This document shows positions 30,459 through 37,999 of a stretch of DNA of 64,000 nt, in pieces. The notes under the pieces were generated by a model. That model was given only the letters and a program-made list of their open reading frames with translations, ran no database searches and was not told where the DNA came from. This stretch comes from an uncultured Phocaeicola sp. (GTDB lineage: Bacteria > Bacteroidota > Bacteroidia > Bacteroidales > Bacteroidaceae): NCBI GenBank assembly GCA_947581855.1, contig CANPVZ010000011.1, positions 11,918 to 75,917 on the forward strand, read 5' to 3'. The stretch's first letter is position 1, and each line of letters begins with the position of its first letter. The position numbers and the translations under genes are program-made.

Positions 30459-31144
30459 GTATGAGTAAGACATTCAATATCTATTGCGACGAAAGTACGC
30501 ACTTGAAAAATGACGGGCATCCATATATGCTTTTAGGGTATGTAAGTATTGCATATCCACAAATAAAGATGGCAAGGGAGCAAATTAAAGCCATTAAAAC
30601 AAAGCATAATTACACAGGTGAGCTGAAATGGACTAACGTACATGATGCAACATATCCAATGTATAATGAACTCATTGACTATTTTTTCATGACAGACATG
30701 AAGTTTAGAGTTGTCATTGTAGATAAATCTCAAATAGATGAAACACGCCCTGAATACACATTCAATGACTTCTATTTTAGAATGTATTATCAACTCCTGC
30801 ATCACCTGACTGATATGGAGAATGAATACAATGTGTTTTTCGACATAAAAGACACCTGTAGCCATAATAAACTCCATAAGCTGCAAGAGATTTTAAGATG
30901 GAACTCATCTATTAGGCATTTTCAATTCATACGTTCTCATGAGAGCTGCTTTGTGCAGTTGGCAGATATATTGATGGGAGCCATAAATTATAATTTGCGA
31001 ATTGAAAAAGGTGACGTAGAAGGCAAGGTTATTGCCAAAAGGAAGATTGTAGATAAAATACAAGAACACGCAAATATTTCATTGAATAAAACAACTCCAT
31101 TGTTTAAGAAAAAGTTTAATCTATTCTTCATCTCGCTAAAATAA
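30455..31144 (+). CDS. DUF3800 family protein (predicted RNase H-like nuclease fold)
   Basis: N-terminal IYCDES, central FFD, C-terminal QLAD motif characteristic of DUF3800. Confidence 0.85.
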   Translation: MSMSKTFNIYCDESTHLKNDGHPYMLLGYVSIAYPQIKMAREQIKAIKTKHNYTGELKWTNVHDATYPMYNELIDYFFMTDMKFRVVIVDKSQIDETRPEYTFNDFYFRMYYQLLHHLTDMENEYNVFFDIKDTCSHNKLHKLQEILRWNSSIRHFQFIRSHESCFVQLADILMGAINYNLRIEKGDVEGKVIAKRKIVDKIQEHANISLNKTTPLFKKKFNLFFISLK

Positions 31145-31149
31145 CAACT

Positions 31150-31689
31150 ATGCCCTTGAATTTATTAAAAAAATACCCAGAACTACTTGAGATTCTACAT
31201 CTAAACGAATATCAACGCAAAGAGTCTCTTATGAGAATTTATAAAAGAGATATAGAAGACAATCCAAATTTCAAGTTTAGAGAAAAGCAAATCTATCCTA
31301 TCAAATCGGATGGCGAAGCCGATATGGGGCGACAATTTACGCACCTTACTTGCGAGGAAGTGCAGGAAGAAGATGAGAATGGGAATTTACTCCCAGCCAA
31401 GCGAGTTTTTGAGAAGGACCGCTCTCAACGGTTGCATTGGATTAATCATCACATTCAAGAATTGTCTTCTGAAAACATTGAAGTCTTCAGCGTAACAGAA
31501 CGTGACCAGAGAAAGCGTTGCGATGTTACTAAAACATACATTTACGATAAAAAAGAGAAATACGTGATAGTCCTTGAATGCCAGAGAAAAAGCTCTTATT
31601 ACTTATTGACAGCTTATTACTTGAACAAAGAATATGCGGAAAAAGGCATAAAGAAGAAAATGAAGAAACGTTTAACGAATATAGAATAA
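31150..31689 (+). CDS. Hypothetical protein, predicted BECR-fold (Barnase/EndoU/colicin/RelE-like) ribonuclease
   Basis: FTHLT, DRSQRLHWI, YVIVLE, YYLLTAYY motifs and basic tail; 5 bp after the DUF3800 stop; fold is inferred. Confidence 0.6.
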   Translation: MPLNLLKKYPELLEILHLNEYQRKESLMRIYKRDIEDNPNFKFREKQIYPIKSDGEADMGRQFTHLTCEEVQEEDENGNLLPAKRVFEKDRSQRLHWINHHIQELSSENIEVFSVTERDQRKRCDVTKTYIYDKKEKYVIVLECQRKSSYYLLTAYYLNKEYAEKGIKKKMKKRLTNIE

Positions 31690-31760
31690 AAAACGCAGGG
31701 CTCAGATTTATATCAAGATAAACCGAGCCCCGAAACTCCTTCTATTTATAGATGAGCGTT
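31688..31760 (-). ncRNA. Putative ~72-nt structured small RNA convergent with the DUF3800-nuclease operon
   Basis: - strand TTG-N20-TATATTTG promoter (31792-31762), closing helix AACGC/GCGUU around two hairpins, then U6 tract. Confidence 0.65.
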
Positions 31761-31761
31761 G

Positions 31762-31792
31762 CAAATATACGCCGATATATTTAAATATGCAA
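31762..31792 (-). promoter_or_regulatory. Bacteroidetes sigma-A promoter of the putative sRNA
   Basis: -33 TTG (31792-31790), 20-nt spacer, -7 TATATTTG (31769-31762); no - strand ORF follows it. Confidence 0.65.
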
Positions 31793-31838
31793 CAATTTTT
31801 GCACCGTGATTGTTTATTTAACATCGTGATATAAAATT

Positions 31839-31876
31839 AATGCCCCTACTTCATTGTTAAACGCAGGGGCATTTTT
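31839..31876. terminator. Hairpin ending the leftward replication-module transcript
   Basis: AATGCCCCT...AGGGGCATT flanked by A/T runs, just after the stop at 31879. Confidence 0.6.
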
Positions 31877-31878
31877 CA

Positions 31879-32067
31879 TCATCCCGCAGCAAGACCTCTG
31901 GACTTGTCACCAGAAATGTTATGTGCATACCGGTTAGCACTTCCACGAGGAACTAACCTGCCTTTTTCCATACCTTTCAGCATTTGACCGAATGAATTGT
32001 TTCTCGCTTGTTCAAAGGTCGGTCTTTTGACCTGTGCCCTTTGAGTTGTTTGATTTCTTTTTCTGAC
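31879..32067 (-). CDS. Possible 62-codon basic peptide lacking a canonical 5' start codon (ends ...SRGLAAG)
   Basis: Open frame VRKRNQTTQRAQVKRPTFEQARNNSFGQMLKG...GLAAG* preceded in frame by TGA and followed by a terminator. Confidence 0.35.
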   Translation of the reverse strand, partial: VRKRNQTTQRAQVKRPTFEQARNNSFGQMLKGMEKGRLVPRGSANRYAHNISGDKSRGLAAG

Positions 32068-32105
32068 TCAGCTAAACTTTTAAAATTACACATCAAAGAT
32101 ACTCA

Positions 32106-32528
32106 TTATTTCAGAAAATCAGATATTTCCATCTCCTGAAAATCAGGTATAATAATCTCAATATTAGAAATTTCTTCTGCTGCTTGCTCTTTCATCTGCT
32201 CATAGGCTTTCTCTGTGTGGGCATCCGGCTTCTTCTTGCCTTGTGCTTTAGCGAGTGTCCAAAGAGCCTTATTCCTTGCCGATTTCTCCGCACGACTACG
32301 TTTCCATCGTTTGGACCGGTAAGCCTCATATAACATCACCCGGAGCAGTTCTGTATTCTCTACTGTTAAAGTGATGGAAGAACCGTTCATTTCAATAACA
32401 ACATTGTCGGGTTGTTCCTGGGTAATCCGGATTCCATCTTGTATTACTTCTGTTGGTCTCATATCTAATGTTTTCATATTGCCGGGTAGGTCATCCGGAG
32501 CAGACCTACCCGAAATGTTATTATTCAT
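32106..32528 (-). CDS. Hypothetical protein (140 aa)
   Basis: ATG at 32528 overlaps the upstream gene end; basic middle and acidic tail. Confidence 0.6.
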   Translation of the reverse strand: MNNNISGRSAPDDLPGNMKTLDMRPTEVIQDGIRITQEQPDNVVIEMNGSSITLTVENTELLRVMLYEAYRSKRWKRSRAEKSARNKALWTLAKAQGKKKPDAHTEKAYEQMKEQAAEEISNIEIIIPDFQEMEISDFLK

Positions 32529-32820
32529 ATTTCCTTTGCATATAATTCTGGACTTTCTCCTGTGCGTGTTCACCATCACGAATACACCATGCAGATACAC
32601 CGAATTGGGAATCTCTAGGGTAGTACTCATAAGTATGCCCGTTTTCATCTTTGTATAAATTAGACCGGAACACTTCAAAATACATAATACCTTCCGGTGT
32701 GGTTCTTCGGTAACAATACATTCGGTTACTCTCGTTTTTGGTTACCAGTTCAAAGGTATCACCGTACTTTTTAAATTTGTCTTTCAATGGTGAAGGCATA
32801 ATGCACTTTAATTCTTTCAT
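32521..32820 (-). CDS. Hypothetical protein (99 aa)
   Basis: Co-oriented, coupled ORF with YFEVF...EYYP....FG..AW pattern. Confidence 0.65.
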   Translation of the reverse strand: MKELKCIMPSPLKDKFKKYGDTFELVTKNESNRMYCYRRTTPEGIMYFEVFRSNLYKDENGHTYEYYPRDSQFGVSAWCIRDGEHAQEKVQNYMQRKYE

Positions 32821-32902
32821 ATTCTTATCACGTTTTAAAAATTAGCCATTTTCTCCACAAAGACGAACATCTTATCATCTCACAAGAAAAAGTGGCTCAA
32901 AT

Positions 32903-33145
32903 CTATTCTTTCCACACTTCACAATTGAAGCCTAATTCTCTTAACTCGTTCATCCGGTATTCTTGTAATGGTCGAGGCTTTTCACCCGGTCGCTTAACTT
33001 CCACGAAGAATGCTCTACCATCCTTCAGCACCAATAAATCGGGAATCCCATTTTTATTCGTGAGAATCAGCTTCACTACGTAATAGCCTTGCGCCTCCAG
33101 CCGTTTGATGATACGAGCCTGTATCTTACTTTCCAGTTCTGCCAT
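32903..33145 (-). CDS. VRR-NUC domain nuclease (PD-(D/E)xK)
   Basis: ESKIQ...GIPDLLVL....FFVEVKRPGEKPRPLQ; start MAELES at 33145. Confidence 0.88.
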   Translation of the reverse strand: MAELESKIQARIIKRLEAQGYYVVKLILTNKNGIPDLLVLKDGRAFFVEVKRPGEKPRPLQEYRMNELRELGFNCEVWKE

Positions 33146-34346
33146 AGTATGAAAGAGTAAAGTCCTGCTTTCCGTGTACCGCATCCAGTATTTTGCTTTC
33201 AATACCGCAATCAGAGCAAAGGAAGTAAACCTCTGCCGGTGCAGTACGTTCTTTCGATACAAGCCTATTTCGTCCCTGCTCGTATGACAGGAAACTGAAC
33301 TCCAGATTGAAGAATATCAAAGCATCAGCCGTATCAAGTCGAACTCCTTCACGTGCTCGACGAACCTGTGAGATAAAAAACTTGTCTGTGGAGGCTTGAA
33401 ACTCTTCTGGGCTATCCGTCCAGTTGGGAAAGACAGACTGCAGTAATTCGGCTTCCGACTGGTACACATAGAAAAGTGCAACCTTCTTCCCAGCGAACTG
33501 CTTACGGACAAATTCAGCCTTGCTTTTGTCAAACGTCAAATGAAGCCCGTTTTCAGTGATTACCGTACCGGATGATAACTGATGCAACTTGGTAAGTAAT
33601 TTAGCCGGAGTATCGCCTAAAATGGCATTGCCATCTATCTCTACCATCAAGTTATCTCGCAAAGAAGAAATATGTTTTCCGGTACATTCATTCATTGGTA
33701 CTGATAATATATGCTCGTTTATGTTCACCTCAAATCCGGCTTGTTCCTGTGAGTAGCTGATGAACAAGTCTCTTGTGTCCCGGTCTATCTTCGCTTTGTC
33801 CGCATGGCTGTAGTCGTTAATGAAATAACCGTTCACTTTCTTCTGCCGGACACAAACGTATGCTTTAGCCCACTTGTAGAAAGTCTTATACTCTTTCCAC
33901 GGAGAGGATGAACATACCCAGAACTGATGATATAATTGGCTGTAACTTTCCGGTGATGGTGTGCCGGACAAATACAGTACCGGCAACCCTTCGCAAATAG
34001 CTTTTATTTCTTGAGTTCGTTTGCTTGGTTTAGGATAAGCACCGAGTGAGTGGGCTTCATCAATAATCACAAGGTCGTACTTTCCTTTTGCTTTATGGCA
34101 ACTTTCATAGTTGACAACATCCAACTTGAAAGACGGTTTCAACGCTTCATAATCAGTCTTAATACTTGGTATAGCCTTTAACTTGGTAATGAATAAGACA
34201 CTTTCAGCATCGAAGTTATCAGCGGTAGACAATGCCGTGATAGTCTTACCCGTCCTGCATTCCATTGATAGATAACAGCAACCGAAAGCGACCAGTTTAT
34301 ATGCTGCTTGTATGGCTATGTTGTTTTGATATTCTCTTAATTTCAT
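33126..34346 (-). CDS. SF2 (SNF2-like/DEAH) helicase
   Basis: LREYQ Q-motif, RTGKT, IIDEAH, LSGTP, EQGRNR motif VI. Confidence 0.88.
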   Translation of the reverse strand: MKLREYQNNIAIQAAYKLVAFGCCYLSMECRTGKTITALSTADNFDAESVLFITKLKAIPSIKTDYEALKPSFKLDVVNYESCHKAKGKYDLVIIDEAHSLGAYPKPSKRTQEIKAICEGLPVLYLSGTPSPESYSQLYHQFWVCSSSPWKEYKTFYKWAKAYVCVRQKKVNGYFINDYSHADKAKIDRDTRDLFISYSQEQAGFEVNINEHILSVPMNECTGKHISSLRDNLMVEIDGNAILGDTPAKLLTKLHQLSSGTVITENGLHLTFDKSKAEFVRKQFAGKKVALFYVYQSEAELLQSVFPNWTDSPEEFQASTDKFFISQVRRAREGVRLDTADALIFFNLEFSFLSYEQGRNRLVSKERTAPAEVYFLCSDCGIESKILDAVHGKQDFTLSYYGRTGK

Positions 34347-35392
34347 ACGTTTATGTGAATTTGATTAATAACTCCTATTTCGGTGGCATAAGCGAGCACT
34401 TCGCCTACTGTCATTCCTTTCTTTGCGTGTCGTTCTCTAAGAAGCACATCGGCAATGTCCCAGTTGTCCGGCAAACCTTTACATGCCCGGCTGACTGTTA
34501 TATCTATTCCGGAACTGCGTAATATTTCAGCTTTTTCTTCCCATTTGGCGAACATTCCACTATCGGGGTACAGGACTACCCTTTTACCGATTAACGGCTG
34601 AAAAACGGCTGCTTCCGTCCATTTACAGCCATTACACCCGCCTGTGGCGATCCAAGTTATTTCAGGCATCAAAATAGAGCATATAAGGGCTGACTTCTCA
34701 GATTCCACAACTCCCACACGAGCAGCATCTTTAATTAGGTGACAACCGAATAGGCACTGCACTAGATTTAATTCGTAATTGTTTAATGCCGGTTTGTCAG
34801 CCCACCAAACACGGTCGATAGTACGAGTGTCTGGAACATATTTTTTGAACTTCATATTCCATAATTGTACTGTGTCGTTTTTCTTTAAGCGTTTTCCTGT
34901 TATAGGATTGTAACCCATAACTTTCAAGCGACACAATCTTCCTTGACTGTCTATTTGTGGAAAAACGGTGCTTAAGCCATTCATAAATGCCCAGTGTTTG
35001 GATGTACTCACATGATAGGTATCAAAGACACGATTTGCCTCAACTTCTCCAAATTCTTTAGCCATGAATCGGAATAGATTGTTCTTGCTTCGGTGTGTAT
35101 CTGCTGCTAATAACGTCAAGGGCAAATAAGATACTGGAATGGCTTTAGGTGCTTCCGCTTGTTTCCATGTGTCAAACTCATTCCGTTTATCGGTCGGGTG
35201 TGCCTTGAAATATTCCGAAGGTGTCAGGTGATAACCGCAACGCTCCCGATTGCAACGACCGCATGATTCGTCAATAGGGATGTTTCTCTCATCAACATAA
35301 TAAGTAAATTCTCCCTTGTGTCCGCATTGGGGGCATGTGTGCCGGGTACTCATTCCGGCGTATTTTTGGAGGTGATATTTAGGAGCATTCAT
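34343..35392 (-). CDS. Primase-like protein (N-terminal Zn ribbon + DUF6371/Toprim)
   Basis: CPQCG...CGRCNRERCGYH; VVESEKSA, WIATGG, LYPD, DIAD Toprim motifs. Confidence 0.8.
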   Translation of the reverse strand: MNAPKYHLQKYAGMSTRHTCPQCGHKGEFTYYVDERNIPIDESCGRCNRERCGYHLTPSEYFKAHPTDKRNEFDTWKQAEAPKAIPVSYLPLTLLAADTHRSKNNLFRFMAKEFGEVEANRVFDTYHVSTSKHWAFMNGLSTVFPQIDSQGRLCRLKVMGYNPITGKRLKKNDTVQLWNMKFKKYVPDTRTIDRVWWADKPALNNYELNLVQCLFGCHLIKDAARVGVVESEKSALICSILMPEITWIATGGCNGCKWTEAAVFQPLIGKRVVLYPDSGMFAKWEEKAEILRSSGIDITVSRACKGLPDNWDIADVLLRERHAKKGMTVGEVLAYATEIGVINQIHINV

Positions 35393-35410
35393 AATGAATT
35401 TCTTTATTTA

Positions 35411-35497
35411 CTATCACGAACTATCACGATACTATCATTCGCTATCATGATAGTACTATCACACGCTTATATATAGATAAGCGTGATAGTATGATAG
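35411..35497. repeat. Iteron cluster, probable replication origin of the element
   Basis: CTATCA at 35411, 35421, 35432, 35442, 35456; inverse TGATAG at 35448, 35484, 35492; palindrome CACGCTTAT-N6-ATAAGCGTG 35462-35485. Confidence 0.75.
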
Positions 35498-35500
35498 TAG

Positions 35501-36493
35501 TTATAGTAATCGGTAGTTAGTATCATTTCCTTTTTGAATAATTCCGGCTTTTACGGCCATCCCTATATGCCTATTGGAAGTTGGAGTTTTTAATCCGGTC
35601 AGCTCGCTGTACTCAGTACTCAAAGAAGTATAAGACAATGATTTTTGCCCAGCAAGGATAAAGCAAAAGTTCTCCTTCATTTTATTCATCTGAATCTCTT
35701 CTTTGCTAAGTTCCGGTTCAATATCTAATTGGATAGGAATGCCGCTTTCATCCAATGTGAAGCACCAGTTATCAGTAGGAATATTACGACAATCAGTTTC
35801 TTCTACTTTAAAAATAAGCCCATCCTTTTTGACTTCCCATACATCGGAGCACTTGTTTAATAGCTCTGTCCCCAAATGCCCTCTCATGTTATTGTCCTCT
35901 TTGCCTTTATTGGTATGGAGTACATTCACAATAGCCGTATTACATTCTTCCGATGCTTTCATTAAGGTGCTTATCACATTAGAAGATTCTTCTATATTAT
36001 TAAAGTCATGTAATAGGTCCCGACATCCATCAATAAATACAACATGAGGTTTTTTAGCTGCAATCTTTTTTAGAATATATGGCAATCTTTCTTTGATATC
36101 CATTGAACGCAAAGAGAATGCTGAGAAGTTATCATAATTCTTATGTACATCCCATCCGCATAGCTTATGAACTCTCTCTACAACTTTGGCAGTACTTCTT
36201 TGATGTTGTTCCGTATCAAAGAAAAGAACTTTTGCATTCGTTATATTAGAAGTAATTCCCAAACATCGACCGATTAAGATTGCTGCCATAAACACACTTT
36301 CGGTTAAGGTTTTACCCTGTTTTGCTTTTGCTTTGATTCCCTGAATATCTCCAAGTGGCATACATCCAATTCCATTTATTGATATTGCATAATTCAACTC
36401 TGGATAAACAGTGGTAACATCTATTTCAAAAGGATCTTTATCTACCTTAGCAGTAAAATCATTGAGAATTTTTTCTGTAGCCTCACTCATCAT
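35501..36493 (-). CDS. AAA_25/RepA-like replicative helicase-ATPase with C-terminal winged helix
   Basis: Walker A AKAKQGKT, FFDTEQ, VFIDGCRD, VLHTNKG, MRGHLGTEL; start at MMSEAT 36493. Confidence 0.82.
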   Translation of the reverse strand: MMSEATEKILNDFTAKVDKDPFEIDVTTVYPELNYAISINGIGCMPLGDIQGIKAKAKQGKTLTESVFMAAILIGRCLGITSNITNAKVLFFDTEQHQRSTAKVVERVHKLCGWDVHKNYDNFSAFSLRSMDIKERLPYILKKIAAKKPHVVFIDGCRDLLHDFNNIEESSNVISTLMKASEECNTAIVNVLHTNKGKEDNNMRGHLGTELLNKCSDVWEVKKDGLIFKVEETDCRNIPTDNWCFTLDESGIPIQLDIEPELSKEEIQMNKMKENFCFILAGQKSLSYTSLSTEYSELTGLKTPTSNRHIGMAVKAGIIQKGNDTNYRLL

Positions 36494-36755
36494 AACCTCC
36501 TTTCCCAGCCAACCAATAAAGCTTACAGCCATTAGGTAAACGACAATCTACTATGTTCCAACCTTCTTTATTCCGAAGGACGGAGATAATCTTCCGGGCA
36601 TCGTTGAAACCAGCTAATTCGTTCAACTGCTGGGCAGTAAACTTGCCTCCGGATAAAAATAATCTTCTGACTGATTGGATAAGTCGTGCGGAATCAGTAC
36701 TTTTGTCTGTATAATCGTGCCCAAGATATTTGGAGTTGTTCTTTGGTTTATCCAT
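36483..36755 (-). CDS. Small winged-HTH-like DNA-binding protein
   Basis: LFLSGGKFTAQQL......DARKIISVLR..GWNI.......KLYWL pattern. Confidence 0.6.
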   Translation of the reverse strand: MDKPKNNSKYLGHDYTDKSTDSARLIQSVRRLFLSGGKFTAQQLNELAGFNDARKIISVLRNKEGWNIVDCRLPNGCKLYWLAGKGGYDE

Positions 36756-36770
36756 AAGTCAACTCCTTTC

Positions 36771-37088
36771 TTATTTATTAGAATCAATGTAGTGATCTGC
36801 CATGAACTTCTCTAAGTCGGCACGTTTCACATAAATCTTTCTTCCAAATTGACTAAAAGGGATTCTTCTTTCATCTCGATAAGTCTGCCACGTTTTCGCT
36901 GATATTCCAAGCATTTTTCTTGCTTGGGTAGACTCAATCCACTGATTATTTACTTCTTCTTCTGACTTCTTTTGAAGAAGGCTTTTTACCTCTCTAACTT
37001 CATCCATCAATCCATTAAGAAAGGATTGTGGAACTACCGCCATTGACAACGAAGTGGGCGCATTGCTTTCATTTACCATTTGCATCAT
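36771..37088 (-). CDS. Helix-turn-helix excisionase-like protein (HTH_17)
   Basis: WIESTQARKMLGISAKTWQTYRDERRIPFSQFGRKIYVKRADL. Confidence 0.85.
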   Translation of the reverse strand: MMQMVNESNAPTSLSMAVVPQSFLNGLMDEVREVKSLLQKKSEEEVNNQWIESTQARKMLGISAKTWQTYRDERRIPFSQFGRKIYVKRADLEKFMADHYIDSNK

Positions 37089-37231
37089 ATTTTTGAATTA
37101 TAATAATCAGTTTTAATTCGATGATACAAAGGGAGTAAATTTCTTTGGATTCTATAGAAAAATAAAAAAAGGTAAAATTTCGGGATAATACCCTACTTTT
37201 TTACCCTAAATATTTACTCAAATCCAAAAGA

Positions 37232-37987
37232 CTATTTTTCTGTATGATTTTGATATGCGCTTATCCAATTTTTGACATGGGTATATTTTTCCTTTCCAAT
37301 ATATCCAGAGTAGCCGGTTCCTATATTATTTGTTATTCCAATTAAAACCAGATAGTCGTAAAGAAAACTATATTCTTTAGTCTTTTCGCCCCGAGCTGTA
37401 TTTCCAAATATTTTTTGTTTGATCAAAGCGTTGTATATGAAACTAAGTCGTTTCCCTATCGATGCGTTTGGAGTAAGGTTCTTTCTCTTTTCTCTACTTG
37501 ATTCATAGGCTATTATTGAATTTAATTCTTCATCGGTATATGGTTCTGTATAGAAAGGGGATTCCTGTATTTCATAGACCGGAGCAAGACCTCTTTTGTA
37601 TTTTATTTTGTCTTTAAATTCCCAATCAAATTCATATTGGTAAGCGCCGTCCGAATTAGCCTCGAGTAAGGTGTTAGCCAACAGGTAAATGTTGTCCAAT
37701 AGCAATTCGTCATCTATGATAATTTTTTTAGTACTTCCTTTTACTTCCCCCTTCTCCGGATTACTTACTGTACTGGTTAATTGTATTCCATTTCCTGCAC
37801 AGCTCTTTAGAAACTTAATGAATAAGGCTATTTTTAGATTGTTTCCGATGACTAAATCCTTCCAGTCATTTTCGCTTATAAAATAGCTGAATAACATAAA
37901 TGCGTTTTTATTATTGAGGATAGATACATATCCATACATATCGCATAACGCTTCAAATTCTACTTTTTGATTATTTGTAAATATCAT
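37232..37987 (-). CDS. Hypothetical protein (251 aa)
   Basis: AT-rich ORF directly downstream of the integrase; no recognised motif. Confidence 0.7.
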   Translation of the reverse strand: MIFTNNQKVEFEALCDMYGYVSILNNKNAFMLFSYFISENDWKDLVIGNNLKIALFIKFLKSCAGNGIQLTSTVSNPEKGEVKGSTKKIIIDDELLLDNIYLLANTLLEANSDGAYQYEFDWEFKDKIKYKRGLAPVYEIQESPFYTEPYTDEELNSIIAYESSREKRKNLTPNASIGKRLSFIYNALIKQKIFGNTARGEKTKEYSFLYDYLVLIGITNNIGTGYSGYIGKEKYTHVKNWISAYQNHTEK

Positions 37988-37999
37988 ATTAGTCTGTAT

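Noticed and set aside
31688-31760. Putative sRNA as a tRNA or tRNA fragment
   Set aside because: Only two internal arms, no T-loop TTCRA or D-loop GG, no CCA
32050-32093. Programmed -1 frameshift joining MCNFKS... to the GLAAG frame
   Set aside because: No in-frame X XXY YYZ slippery heptamer found after the in-frame TGA; cannot be supported from sequence alone
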